Assembly: GCA_964016885.1 (NCBI GenBank)
Contig: OZ024743.1
Location: 110,112,001 to 110,176,000 of the forward strand
Length of the DNA stretch: 64,000 nt
Origin: Eledone cirrhosa
Lineage: Eukaryota
Reading direction: 5' to 3'
The stretch's first letter is position 1. Each line of letters begins with the position of its first letter. The position numbers were made by a program, and so were the translations under genes. The notes below the pieces were generated by a model. It had not been told where the DNA came from. It searched no databases and saw only the letters and a list, made by a program, of their open reading frames with translations. Below are positions 18,276 to 32,948 of this stretch, in pieces.

Positions 18276-19800
18276 TCGTTGAATTTCTCATCTGAAAACG
18301 TGTATTGAAACAGATATTGATATACTTTGGGTGGTTTGGAAGTGTCATGCTGTTGGTTTTCAATCAATTTGTTATGAATTTCCGGTTGGTTGTCTGTTCT
18401 ATCTGGGTGTGTCTGATTTGTTTTGCTAGATTGGTTTCTCTGCGTCTCTGTATGTTTTCATTTTGTCCTTAATTACTAGTTGTGATGTTGATATTTTACT
18501 AATGTTTTCTGTTTAATTTGGGTTGTAGTTCGTTCATGTTTCTCGCCTCTGTGGTTTGTCTGAACATTGCATCTTTGATGTGGCTGCATATCATTTTTCT
18601 CTCTATGTTCTCTAATGTGACCCTATATTCTATTTTAGCATGTTGCTGGAATACTGATAGTTTTTTTTCATCCTGGAGTTCTCGCCAGTGTTCATTTATC
18701 CTTTCTCCTATTCTACGGGCTGTTTCACCTATGTATCATATGTTCTTATTCCTACACTGTCCCTCAGTACATATTATGCTATATACTACATCTCTAGTTT
18801 TGCAGTTAGTTTCCGGGCTTTTCTTGCAGAATATGCATTTCCTATCCGTGTAGGGGGTTCTTTGAAATGGGTATGTTTTACTAATTAGGGTTTTTATGGG
18901 AAAACCTGGTCTTTCAACTATCTTAATATTTAATTTCAGCTTGTCTAGAGCCCTGCTAAATCTGTATGACAGTTCGCCTCTAGGGGCTGTATTGACGATC
19001 ATTACACTCTGGCATTTATTGATATCATACCATGAGTTGATTCTATTTGCCTTATTCGTACTCCTTTCTATGCTGTTCCATATGTTGCTCCTATACACGT
19101 ACATGGAGCAAGTCCCACTTGCATCATTTTCCACAATCTTTGCCCATTTGGTGCTTGCTCCTTTATATACCCTGATTTTGTCTCTTGGATTGTAGCCAGA
19201 GAACTGCGTGCGTTGGATGGAGTGTTGTATGTGTTTCTCTAATTCTTTAGGGTTGCAAATGCAGGACACGTCATTCATCATTCTTACTAAATTCGAAGTC
19301 AGTATATTAATTTTTATTTGATCCGAAACAGCTGAGTTTCGATGGATCAGGTATTTGGAGGGCATAGGTTTCGCATAATGCGAATTGAGTATTTGCGTTC
19401 TATAACTAATAGTTTCCAACCAGAGTTTGGTGTCTAGTACGGGTAATTTATGGTTGGGGTGTTTATTTGGGTAGTCTATAGTAAATTTAATACTCTGTTT
19501 GATGGAGTTAGCTATTTGCTGGATGCTTTCCATGGTCTTCTTCTCTAATTTCTTGCTGTACTTCTTGTTCCTTAAGTCTTTTGTCTCACCATATCATTAA
19601 GAGGTTAGCTGAAATGCTAACGACGTCACCTGAAATGCTAACGCCGATGGTGGCCTCCTCTTCTTGGACATATGTTTTGCCATTAAACCTGAACATATGT
19701 TCCTTACGGGTTAGTTTTATACTGGCCCCCACCGCATGTGCGATTATATTCTTTAATACAATATGGTTGACCGAGCGAGTGAAAATAATCAGAAATGTTA
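18275..19800 (-). mobile_element. Related PLE copy (RT motif B, thumb, GIY-YIG, pLTR), decayed
   Basis: FRFNGKTYVQEEEATIGVSISGDV, KLPVLDTKL, CIFC..C..RDVVYSIIC. Sits tail-to-tail with the previous element across (TA)n 18190-18272. Confidence 0.9.
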
Positions 19801-21074
19801 ACATAAACATTTTATCAGAGCTATTTATCAAATTATATACGCGAGGAAAGAATAGAAAGATAATTACCTATTTTTCCTGCAGCATTATCGACTGTTTTAC
19901 AACATTGGTGTATCAGAGAAGAACACCAACGCTGTGAGGCTGTAGGATTTTCAGAATATCCCTTATTTTATGGACTGTATACTTGCCCGACCGTAAGTGA
20001 ATATTTCTCTGGAGGGAGAAATCTTCACGTGGTCTATATTAGTATATATATATATATATAGAGAGAGAGAGATAGAGATATTGATATATATAAATGTAAT
20101 ATGTGTGGTATGGTTTGCTTGGTGAAATAAGACACGATGAGATTAAGATATATATTGTATATAGTGTGTAATCCACAGAAGGTCTTTACTGATAACTAGA
20201 TCATAAATGTATCATTCTTTTGAAGGTGCAATATTATTTCAAGTGATGTAAGCTCTGGTAAACAATGGTTTGTAGTAAATATGAATGATAAACTTTATAT
20301 ATCGCTGATGAATAAAACATTAATATGTATGTATAAGTCTGTAACTCGTTAACAATTTTCGGAGATCTTCTCAATGAAGTTCGTAAAGCGTTCAATTTTT
20401 TTAGAGATTGATACAAAGAAAGAATCGACACCAGTATAGCACTGATGCATTTGTTATCGACTTCTGAAGGATGAAAGGCAAAGCTGAACTCTGCGGGCCT
20501 TGAACTCTGAGAACTGAAATGAATATTGCAAATAATTATAGTCGGTATTTTATCATCCTTTCAAAATCGCTGCATATAAAAATGTAGCTGCGTTGCCAAA
20601 TATTAAATAATCAACAATTTTCAATTTTCTTTATATCAAAGATGTATGATATGGATATATCAATTCTAACAACGTTATAATTGAGTTTTGGTGATAAGTA
20701 TTCAATTATTTTATTGACTGAAATACAATATATGCTTATTAAATTATTGTGTAACTGAAGGAATATTTACCATAGCAGAGTACGGTTAACGTAATTACGC
20801 ACGGCAATCTGTGAAAACATTAGGTATATTCTTTTCAGGTACATCAATATAGTAGCTTTTTTTAAGGCTAAAATACATTCGCACGAAATTTCATGCAGTG
20901 GTATGAATCCCGATACACTGTGACAGGCAAAAAATCTTAACGTTTGAAATATTTATACGTCTCTTTACTAACATAACATTTCCACATTAAATATCACACA
21001 GTTTTATATAAAGTTTACCCCAAGTCAAACATATATTCCATTTCAAAATTGCAATATACATATATATTCGTCAT

Positions 21075-21900
21075 CCAGTACGCTGGCCGACCCCTGAGTT
21101 ATACGCTCGTAATATCGATGATTGTATCGGTGCCACCGCTCCTTCCCGTGAACAGCTCGACTCCATTATTTTGTTGTACCGTCTTTTCAAACTGCCCCCA
21201 CCTCTGTTTCCAAATCTTCTATCAATTTTCTCGACATCTCATTGTCTATTGACGACACACACCACACGCTCCCTACTCCCCTCCTCTACACGCTCATTCT
21301 TTACTTGACTTTCCGTATGTGTTCCCCCGTCGACCGTAATTTCTGTTCCCCAAGCCAGATGTGTCCCTGTTGTCCTTTTACATCACGGATAACAAGCCTC
21401 GTGCACCAGGACAGCGCAGTGTCAGATTTTCTGCTTTGGATCCAGTATCCTTAAAATACTCAACCACCCTCCCAAATTTATTTGATCCTGCACACATACA
21501 CTCGTGATTACTTCTCTACCCCTAGCCACTGTCACCCCTACCTCGCCCGATGTCAAACGTGTGCACATACTTTCGCCTACTAGGTTCCAATGGCTCTATA
21601 ATGATCAGAAACAGACATTTTCATAGCTAACACACACCTAAAAGAAACACCCATACACCTCTAAACTTAATTTCACAGCTCTTCTCGGACCAACGATTAA
21701 AACACACACAAACAACCTTGAATGCACACATATGCCCCCAGCTTCGTACTTACATATACACACACTATGAAAAATACATACACACACATATCCACTGAAG
21801 AAAAACGAACACAGACACACACGCGCACACTTACACGCTCTGTAAATAAAACGATTTGTTTTCCTTTTCACCAAGACGTGTTCGATCTCCACCTTTTAGA
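21075..21900 (+). mobile_element. Highly decayed PLE fragment (Poseidon-like)
   Basis: C-rich block with FLDISLSI and PRCQTC-like remnants. Similar in composition to 56470-57150. Confidence 0.45.
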
Positions 21901-21953
21901 ACATGGTGGATGTAATGGGATGATTGTTTCTGTAATATATATATATATATATG

Positions 21954-21993
<40 letters not shown>

Positions 21994-22004
21994 GTGTATA
22001 TGTG

Positions 22005-22080
<76 letters not shown>

Positions 22081-22171
22081 GTAATTCCGTCGGAAAGGTC
22101 CAGGAAAAAAGAGTGCTCTATGTAGGTTACAGAGCTGAATAGTTATGTAATAAACAACATAAGATAATTAT

Positions 22172-22230
22172 TTCATTTACCAGTGGTTTCTTGAAAGCAA
22201 ACACAATTTGCTTTCAATCATCAGATTGAA
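22172..22230 (-). ncRNA. Type I hammerhead ribozyme (family H), the best-formed motif in the window
   Basis: TTCAAT-CTGATGA-TTGAAAGCAAA ttgtg TTTGCTTTCAA-GAAA-CCACTGG-TA-AATGAA: intact core, 11-bp stem II, GUA site. Lies within an element at 22078-22280. Confidence 0.85.
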
Positions 22231-22313
22231 CAAAACATGGTGTATTTATTGATAGTGGATTTTAAAAACAAAATATAATCTATATGAAAGTGAGGCTGCA
22301 AAATGGAGAAAGA

Positions 22314-22351
<38 letters not shown>

Positions 22352-22352
22352 T

Positions 22353-22542
<190 letters not shown>

Positions 22543-23459
22543 TCATACACATATATATACACGGACAAATACACATACATTATACATATACATACATACA
22601 CACGTATATATCCACATATCCATACATACACATACATACAAATACATAAACACACGCACACACATGTATATATATATACATACACACATAACCATACATA
22701 TATACACACGTACATATACATATATACACACGTACATATACACACATACATACACACATATATACCGCATACATACGCACAATCAAATATAGATATATGT
22801 ACATACACCTAGATACGCACACACACAATTAATTATGAGAAAATATATAATAATAAAAATAAAAAAAACAATAGACGACCATATTGACAGTAGCACAGAA
22901 ATCACAGAAATAAGGGAAAGTAATAGGATTAAAAGGAGAGGGGAGACTAAGGACAAAGAGAATAACCAAGACGAACACACAGACACACAAAATAGGGTAG
23001 ATAACAACAATGAGCCAGTGGAAAGAGACAGGAGTAATTATGAGAGACATAGAAACAACCACGAGGCTGTTGGTGGAAATAGAAATAGAAACAACACAAC
23101 TAACAATAACAATAGCACTAGTACACATAAAGCAGCAGCCTGGAACTCTCCGTTTTATAATCCCTCCGATAAATCATTCGACCTGCGACGAGTCCCTTAT
23201 TTCTGTGATTTCTGTGCTACTGTCATTACTTGTTTTCTGTGTCTGTCTGTTTTTTAAGATTGTGGTGGTGGTGAGAGGCATTGAATGCGTGTGTGTTGTT
23301 GTTGTTGATGTCTGCTGTTGTTGATGTGTGTTGTTGTTGTCTCCGTGTGTGTTATTGTTGTTGTGTGTGTTGTTATTGTTGTTTGTTTCTGCGTGTCTGT
23401 TGTTGTTGTTTCTGGGTATGTTGTTATTGTTGTTGTTGTTGATGTGTCTGTTGTTGTTA

Positions 23460-24703
23460 TTGTGCAACACCAAAGAACTAGAGAGACACATACAACACTT
23501 CATCCACCGTATGCAGTTCTCTGGCTACAATCAGAGAGATAGAATCAGAGTGTATAGAGGAGCCAGAACCAAATGGGAAAAAATGGTAAATAATGACATA
23601 AATGGGACCTGCCCCTTGTATAGGAGAAAATTTTGGAATAGAATAGAAAGAACTAGGAATAAGGCTAATAGAATAAACTCATGGTATGATAGCAATACAT
23701 ACCAGAGTGTAATGTTCATCGATACAACCCCTAGATTTGAATTAGCTTACAAATTTATAAGGGCCCTAAATAAACATAAACTCAATATTAAGATAGTAGA
23801 AAGACCAGGTACCTCCGTAAAAACACTTATTAGCAAGACATACCCTCTTCAAAGACCCTCATGTATAGATAAGACATGTGTAACCTGTAAAATAAGCCCC
23901 CATATTAACTGTAAAACTAGAAATGTAGTGTATAGCATAAGATGTACTGAAGCACAATGTAGAGACAAAAATATAGTGTACATAGGTGAGACAGCTCGTA
24001 GTGTAGGGGAACGGATAAATGAACACCGGCGAGACCTTCAAGATAGTAAAGAATCATCTGTACTCTACCAACATGCTAAGATAGAACACAAGGGTAAATT
24101 AGAGAACATAGAAATAAAAATAGAATCTACACACAGAAAAGACGCAATGTTTAGATAAATTACAGAGGCAATAAACATAAAAGAATAACAACCAAAATTA
24201 AATAGAAAATATGAGTGGAACAGCAACATCACAACTTACAATTAAGGACAAAATGAAAACACACACACACATAGAACAAACAACCAACCAGTAACATGTA
24301 AATAAACAAATAGATAAATGAACATAAACACACACAGACACCCGGATGTGGCGCATGCGCAGACTGAGCACACAACACACACACAGAAACAAAATGGCGT
24401 AGGACAGAACAAAGAAGTGGCACAGAAACAAAGAAAGGAATCCCCAGTCACTGAAGAGGTCACAGAGTGTGTGACGAAAGAACTATGACTATATATAAAC
24501 AACTATCTGGTTGTGGAACCAACCAACCAACCAGAAATTTACAAATTTGTCAATTTATAAATTTATAAATATATAATAAATTGAAGTGAAAGCAACTGGT
24601 GCGTGTGTTTCTTATTAGCAACATGACCCTCCCAAAGTATAACAATATCGGTTTCAACACACGATTTCAGATAAAGAATCTTGCTAAACAAATTCAGAAA
24701 CGA
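23460..24703 (+). mobile_element. PLE family A, 5'-truncated; RT thumb/linker + GIY-YIG endonuclease + pLTR
   Basis: ORF to 24158: CVTC..INCKTRNVVYSIRC..IVYIGETARSVGERINEH. Ends in (TA)n. Confidence 0.92.
24446..24490 (+). ncRNA. Minimal hammerhead ribozyme motif, family A
   Basis: AGTCA-CTGAAGA-G-GTCACA gagtg TGTGAC-GAAA-gaac-TA-TGACT. The stem II loop varies between copies while the stem is kept. Confidence 0.85.
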
Positions 24704-24704
24704 A

Positions 24705-24762
<58 letters not shown>

Positions 24763-24767
<5 letters not shown>

Positions 24768-25184
24768 TCCTAATTAAATTATTGGGATACAACAAGCAAA
24801 TATGTTTATAACTGATATAAAGCACTCAACGAATATTTGGAGTAAAAATACCATATTAACAAATGGAAAATATATTTATAAAACCATATTTATTTCATTA
24901 TACATATTTCAAGGACACCAAGTTAAATTATGGTGTCAGATAAACATATAATATAGATCAGTTTTATAAATAAATATTGACATACCCTTACAGAATGCAA
25001 CCACTGCTGTTGGAAGCTCCCGGATAGTTGGTTGCATTCTTTAAGGGTATGTCAATATTTATTCATAAAAGTGATCTATATTATATTTTATCTGATGAAA
25101 GCACACCATAATTTAACTTGGTGCCCTTGAAATATGTATAATGAAATAAATATGGTTTTATAAATATAGTTTCCATTTGTTAAT

Positions 25185-25190
<6 letters not shown>
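24763..25190. mobile_element. Fold-back short element, family I, with hammerhead at 25086-25146 (+)
   Basis: 24853-25003 is inverted at 25030-25185. TTTTAT-CTGATGA-AAG..CACCA loop TGGTG..CTT-GAAA-TATGTA-TA-ATGAAA. A second fold-back copy lies at 28460-28700. Confidence 0.85.
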
Positions 25191-25216
<26 letters not shown>

Positions 25217-25222
<6 letters not shown>

Positions 25223-26430
25223 AAAAAAAGTTATAATATTGCTTTGTGCTGAACTCCCTATTGTAGAGTTTTTTTTCCGAATGTTTTTTTACTGTTGTTT
25301 CTTGTAAACAAACATTCATCTCATTCTGACTTCACCAGCCCTGTCTTTCCACATGTGCGTTTTATTTTTCATAATCACGCATGATGGTGAACTAGCCTGT
25401 TTTAAAATCCCTTTTTGGCATATTAACCAGTGAGAAATGTTGGTCATCGAGTTGAGCTCTGCTGACGAATTAATTCCAACCGTGACTATCTCCACTGAAT
25501 ATTTTCGTGAAATAGTCTTCAAGATTATACAGAGCATTTGTAGTTGTCCCAAATTGAAGGATGAGTATTTAAAACTTTATGTTATCATGAGTTAAGGCTC
25601 TATTGATTCTTCCCTGGATTTCACTAAATTCTGTAGGATGAATCTATATCCTGATTCTTTTAGAGTTGAGTTTGAATTATTTTTCCCACATCTTACGTTA
25701 ACTATTTTTCCCATTTTGACGCTATAGCCACTTATATATTATGGAATACTGTTGGCTTTTTGCTACAATATTTTCTATACCTTTCATTTATATATTTATA
25801 GTCGGATTTCTTTCCGAGAGTGCTTAAACAATTTGTGACTAATCCCGGTATATTTTATTAAAAAAACCGTGATAATATTTCTTTTTGCTGAACTCCTTAT
25901 TGTAGACTTTTTTCAGGAAAGTTTTTTGACTGTTGTTTCTTGTATACAAACATTCGTCTCATTCTGACGTCACCAGCCCTGTCTTTCCACCTGTGCGTTT
26001 TATTTTTCAGAATCACGCATGATGGTGAACTAGCCTGTTTTAAAATCCCCTTTTGGCATATTAACCAGTGAGAAATTTTGGTTATCGAGTTGAGGTCTGC
26101 TGACGATCGAATTCCAACCGTGACCATCTCCATTGAAAGTTTCCTGAAATAGTCTTCAAGATTATACAGAGCATTTGTAGTTGTCCCAAATTGAAGGATG
26201 AGTATTTTAAACTTTATTTTAGCATGAGTTAAGGCTCTATTGATTCTGTCCTGGATTTCACTAGATTCTGTAGGATGAATCTATATCCTGATTCCTTTTG
26301 AGTTGAGTTTGAATTATTTTCCCCACATATTACGTTAACTATTTTTCCTATTTCGACGCTACAGTCACTTATATATTATGGAATACTGTTGGGTTTTTGC
26401 TACAGTATTTTCTATACCTTTCATTTATAT
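25217..26430. repeat. Diverged tandem duplication, unit ~640 bp
   Basis: gctgaactcc..ttgtaga.. occurs at ~25248 and ~25887, and the copies are colinear through tatacctttcattta. (TA)n-flanked. Confidence 0.9.
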
Positions 26431-26435
26431 ATATT

Positions 26436-26531
<96 letters not shown>

Positions 26532-26581
26532 TGTAAGTGTGTAAAACTCTTTGATGTATTCATTGAACCTTGTTTAACGCT

Positions 26582-26655
<74 letters not shown>

Positions 26656-26658
<3 letters not shown>

Positions 26659-26891
26659 GAAGGTAATATCCGTAGTGGTAGAGCATTCAGTCCAAGGGAC
26701 GAGTTAGGTAGAAGTGGTTACACAACAGTTAGTTCACCATACTGAGAAAAATTGTTTCACCTTAGCGGATCTTCAGCTCAGGATATTCATGTCGGGATGT
26801 GCATGGTTACCTTGCACATCCCGAGCTGAAGATCCGCTAAGGTGAAACAATTGATCTCGGTTGGTGAACTAACTGTTGTGTAACCACTTCT
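26656..26891. mobile_element. Fold-back element, family E; hammerheads at 26742-26781 (-) and 26821-26860 (+)
   Basis: CCGAG-CTGAAGA-tccgctaaggt-GAAA-CAATTG-at-CTCGG. Central hairpin cgggatgtgca-tggttacct-tgcacatcccg. Confidence 0.88.
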
Positions 26892-26899
26892 ATATATAT

Positions 26900-27898
26900 A
26901 TACTAGCATTAAAACCCGGCGTTGCTCGGGGTCATTAAGTTACCAAAGTTAGGTTGCACCAACCATTTTATGGCAGCACTTTTTTGTCTGCCAGGCACTG
27001 GGTGAATGAATTGCAGACCTGGAAGCAAGAGCTGCGACAGCAGTGACAATTGTAGTTTCGCCTATGGATATTATCTCTGTGAAAAAAAGTGTTGAAATTT
27101 ATTGTTTCACAGTACTTGCGCAACACGCGCGTAGACGATGCCAGCCGAACAACAGAGCTGCGATGGAGTTGTTCTGCATGGTTGTCTGTGTGTTTTCTAA
27201 ATTTAAGACAGTACGGAGTGGTGTGATATGGGGGAGAGTTAGCTGCTGTTTCTAGCAGGTTTAGTGACCTCATAGAAGATATTATTGTTTATCATTATCT
27301 ATAAAAGGCAGATTGTTGTTGTTGTTGAAGTGAGTGTGTGTTTGTATGCGTTTGAAAAAGAGGTTTTAAAAAAGATTTATCGCTTGTTGTTGAATAAATG
27401 TATCTGTTGCTTTTGAATAATTGTCGTTTCGTATGAAATGTAATAATTGTTTCTACTTTTTTGGCACAAGGCCAGCAATTACCCAGTACATTACTGGTAC
27501 TTTATGTAATAATAAACGTTCTCTATCTCTCTCCCTCTCCCTCTCTTCTCTCTCTCTTTTCGGCAATCATGCACGTTGTCAGATGATATCAGAGAGTAAA
27601 ACGGACAGTATCACCATCAAGCTTGGAAAGAGAAAGTAGCAGAAAGTATGAAGTTGTATAGATTTTGAATGGTAGTGGAAAGAGTTTAGCAGTTTAAATG
27701 ACAGAGGAAAATCGTAAAATATTGAGTTTTATCTATTTTGTGCGTAATTGTGGGTGAAATTGAAAAAATTAGATGTGCCAAGACGCAATCGATGCTATTT
27801 CGAATACTGAATTGTAAATTTCAATTGAAGAAATTCTATATCGTAGATTTCTATAAGAAAGGAGCATGACCACACACTGAGCTTTATAGATTATGATA
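26900..27898. mobile_element. Non-autonomous Helentron/Helitron-like (DINE/HINE-type) element
   Basis: One end is atactagc..cccggcgttgctcggg (subterminal hairpin) and the other is cttttatagattatgat. Internal simple repeats and a SINE fragment at ~27450-27505. Confidence 0.55.
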
Positions 27899-28391
27899 TA
27901 TATATATATAAGAAAATACATAAATATTATATATATATAAAAATAAAAAGGTGAAAGGGGTAAACAAATAGTTGGGAATATGACAAATAATAAATAAATA
28001 GATAACGGTATAAAAGTTTATAGCAGATATAGAGCACTCAACAAGATCCTGGAGCAAATAATCAATGAAAATAAACATTAAATCACTTTGTATTTAATTA
28101 TGCATATAAACACACATACATATATACACACACACAAAACCATACAAATACACGCATATATACACCCATATACATACATATACATATATATATACATATA
28201 GGAAAAAGTATGAACCCGACGGCAGAGCCCAAGCCGTCTCTGAGGCAAGTATATATATACACACACACAAACATATACATATATATTTAAAAAAATACAC
28301 ATACACACGGATATCTACAAAAAGTTACGTTACCATCTTCATAAAAACACACACACACATATATAAACACACACACACGCACACAGACACA

Positions 28392-28460
<69 letters not shown>

Positions 28461-28699
28461 GTAGAGGTTATATTTAATTTGTTAGGATACAACAAGCAAA
28501 TTATTTTAATACCTAATTTAAAGCACTCAAAAAATTATTGGAGTAAATATACATTATATTAACAAATGGAAACTATATTTATAATACCATATTTATTTAG
28601 TTATACATTATCTCATTATACATATTTGGTGGCCCTTGAAATATGTATAATGAAATAAATATGGTTTTATAAATATAGTTTCCATTTGTTAATATATTG

Positions 28700-28731
<32 letters not shown>

Positions 28732-28799
28732 CATACATAATTAAATTAAATACAACTATATACACACATACATATACATACATATGTATATAAGTATAT

Positions 28800-29305
28800 A
28801 TAAAAATAGAATTTACACACAGAAAAGACGCAATGTTTAGACAAATCACAGAGGCAATAAACATAAAAGAATTACAACCAAAATTATATAGAAAATATGA
28901 GTGGAACAGCAACATCACAACTTACAATTAAGGACAAAATGAAAACACACACACACATAGAACAAGCAACCAACCTGTAACATGTAAATAAACAAATAAA
29001 TAAACAAATATAAACACACACAGACACCCGGATGTGGCGCATGCGCAGACTGAACACACAACACACACATAGAAACAAAATGGCGTAGGATAGAACAAAG
29101 GAGAGACACAAAAACAAAGAAAATAATCCCCAGTCACTGAAGAGGTCACATAATGTGTGACGAAAGAACTTTGACAATATATAAACAACTATCTGGTTGT
29201 GGAACCAACCAACCAATCAGAAATTTATAAATTTATTATAATAAATTGAAGTGAAAGCGACTGGTGCGTGTGTTTCTTATTGGCAACATGACCCTCCCAA
29301 AGTAT

Positions 29306-29310
<5 letters not shown>
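28800..29310 (+). mobile_element. PLE family A 3' fragment/pLTR
   Basis: Colinear with 24115-24645. Contains the hammerhead motif. Ends in (TA)n. Confidence 0.9.
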
Positions 29311-29343
<33 letters not shown>

Positions 29344-29344
29344 A

Positions 29345-29392
<48 letters not shown>

Positions 29393-32228
29393 GTGAGAAA
29401 GAGATTTATATGGTGGAAGTTGTGTGTAGAAACGAATGGAATATTTTGTGAACTAATAATCTGGAAATATTTGTATTAACACTTTCTAATTCTTGAATTG
29501 CTTTTTACCCTGGACGTAAACACGTTGAAGACGCCATTTGCGCCTGATAAATTAACGGTAGCTAGCGCCTATCTTGTAAAGCCTATTATAATATGCATCC
29601 ATTGCATGGTTCATTCATTTTGAATATTCAGTGCCATCCGTTTTACCAAGTGCTCCAGGCGACTATGAAAAGCAAGTAAATGTGTCGTTATTTCTTGTGA
29701 AACTGAAATTCTATAATAATTGAAATTGTGCTTTGAGTATATGTGTTAAATATTTATTTATTTGTGTTCCACAAAATTTTGCAATACTTTCTAGAATAGG
29801 GGGTAATTGGAGATTTCCCATGAAAGGTCTCACGAGCTTCGAACCAGTGTTGCATGAATTAAGGGAGTACGACTCACGTGGGACTGGAAAATGTGACAAT
29901 AGAAATGGACGGAATGATATAGAGAGGGACGACAAAAAAGGTTATTGCAATTCGCTTATTTACCGTATTAAACCAATGTTTTTACTATGAAATATTTAGC
30001 CATCAAATGTTTCCTGCTAACAGTTTTGAATATGATTCTTGATTTATTTCTCTTAAATGGACAATAATGCTGTTAGGACATGAACACATAATACACTTTT
30101 ATTCAGTGTTAAGATTGAAACATTCTTAAGAACTGTTTATTTTCTCTGTAGCAATTGTAATTTATGTAGCATGAATTACATTGATGTATCGGGGAGATTA
30201 GAATATGCGTAAACAAAATTGACATTAATTTTCGACGAATGTTTTATCTTGTTGAGACTTATTATTCCGATTAATGCTATGGCTATGATGTAACATAAGC
30301 ATAGAGCAAGATTTAGTGTGTTGCTTTCGTGTCTAGGTTTATAGATACAAATAATTGTGAATATATTATAGCTTCGCTGATGCATAAATAGTCGCTTTGC
30401 AAAATTACAATATTAAAATGATTGTGTGTTGCATTGATCAGGTTGACTAATTATAAATTACAAGAAAACAGTTGATTATTAATTTTACAGAAAATGGGAT
30501 ACTGCAAAGGTCATGCCTCTATCAAAGACTTTAAAACCTAAATACGAGAAGGAATTCTAAGTATTCAACTGGGAAAATAAATTGGTGAGATAATCTTTAT
30601 TCAGCGTTACTATGAATCGTGGGTGAAATACATTCTGAAGAAGTAATCTTATGCAAGGGGCATTTGGTGATATATTTTTCACCTCTTCGTCAAAGGGAAA
30701 TGTCTCGGGCAACTATTTTCGTGGCAGAAATTATCTTCGAAATGCCCATCATGCGGTAGAAACGCATTTCAACCACTGTCAGGTAAATCTAAAGCATAAT
30801 TAATAAATATATATTCCAGTCCTAAATGACGGGCATTGAATATGAATTATTGGTTCGAGCTATCCACTGATTTACCTATTGACATTCACATAATTCAAAT
30901 TTCCTCAGATGCGCAGACTGTATCACTCAATCTAATAACTATATCTTTCAGATATCGTAATCGTTTCTAAATTAAGTTACAGGGGCAGTCTTATTAAATT
31001 ACGCAATATATATTCTCACCAAACTGATGTTAGGTGTGTTTATAACTATACCAAACTAAAAATTCGTTAAATGTTCAGCAACTACCTACAGCAACTAGAT
31101 ATGTTTGAGGGGCATGTGATATCATATAGGCTCTCTAATTCCTGGCACTCAATGTTGAGGGAAACGTATACAGTTCGACCCTTTCACTTTAAATTTACAT
31201 TTCACTAGAAATTGTATGATATTGCAGGAATATGCATAGAGAAAGTATGTTATTATAAAGTCTATGATTGCGCTTTCAGCATTATCATAGAAACTAAATG
31301 TCAAAACGAATTAAAACCATCGAAAAATGTGGATGATAGTGATACGAAAAATTATTCATTAACGAAGATAAAGTTAGTGGTGATGGATGTGTCGCTGTTT
31401 ACTGCTGTTGTTAAAGAAAATGATAACGATTTCCTTGAGTTCTCTTTAATGTGTTATTATCATTTGAGAGTATTTTAAATACTCTGCCATGAGCTACGAT
31501 ATATTGTTAAGAATGATTTTCTTATATTAATATAATTTTCCTGTCGATTGTATGTCCACTGGTAATTAAAATTTATCGTACGTTGTGATAGAATTTGTCA
31601 TAATTGAGTATAATTAACTTACGTATATGTACTGGAGGTATATTTAAATGTTTCCGCTCGTTTTACAATTATTTGTATTGCATCATGCTAATGCAGGTGT
31701 TTGCATAATATCGAAATATGCAACGAAAGAAATAGATTGATAATTAACAAAATATTTCATAGGAAGTATTTTTGATTACGCAGCATACTTTCCGATATGA
31801 GAAGTAAACAAATACCACTAATGTATAAGTTATATTAAATAATATAGGAAATAATTAATTCCGTTACATTATATTGGTTTTACACTAGCTAACCCTTTAT
31901 TTTAATAGATTTTTTACAGTATCAAGCTTTAATATAATGTGATTTATATTGTTAATTTCGCAATATATTAAGGCTGCCTTTGGCAATTAATTATCGGAAG
32001 ACAAAAATAATTTCCTTCCAAACTTGTTTTAAAAGAGATTGCATTTACAAAAAAAAAATGGTGTACCCGAAAGATGTTGAGAACAGACTAGAATTAAAGT
32101 ATAACCCTCCTATTAGTGTCTGGTGATATCAGTCCTCTCTTTGGGCAAGAGTTAATGATTACTGTTAGAGTTATAAGGAAGACATAGGGAATATTGTATA
32201 CCAGGTAAAACCGGGTAGCCTTCTGATG

Positions 32229-32424
<196 letters not shown>

Positions 32425-32948
32425 CTTTATTTGTTAACCACAAGGGTTCACACAAAGTAGACATTAAGGACAGTACAGGACAATACAGGACGGTACAAAT
32501 GGGCATTTCTGCGTGTAAAAAAAAAAAAGCAAAGGATGTAATAAAAGAACAATGAAAAATTCCCCAATAGGAGACTTCCGAGGGTCATTGTAGAGAAAGC
32601 CCATTAAAAAAATGCTACGGTGACCCTGAAAACCAGGGCAAGTGTCCTCTCCCAGTTTTCCACCTTCAATTTACAGGCATATAATGATTTCTTTATTGGT
32701 CACAAGGGCTGACACGAAGAAAAACATTTGAGACGGCACAGAACAGTACAGGACGAAATAAAGTGGGTTTTGGTCGTGCAAACAGGTTATAACAAAATCG
32801 GGTTAGAAATCCAAAAACATTGAAACAACAAAAATTCCCCAAGAAGGGCAAACCTGCGAGGGTGAGTCGTGGTAAAAACCACACAAAAGACCACGGCCAC
32901 CCTGACCACCAGGAAATGCGCCCTCTCTCACTTTTCCCCCTCCTCAGT

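Noticed and set aside
25945-25985. CTGGTGA-CGTC..GACG-AAT hammerhead-like string on the minus strand
   Set aside because: Two core deviations, and no convincing stem I or helix III.
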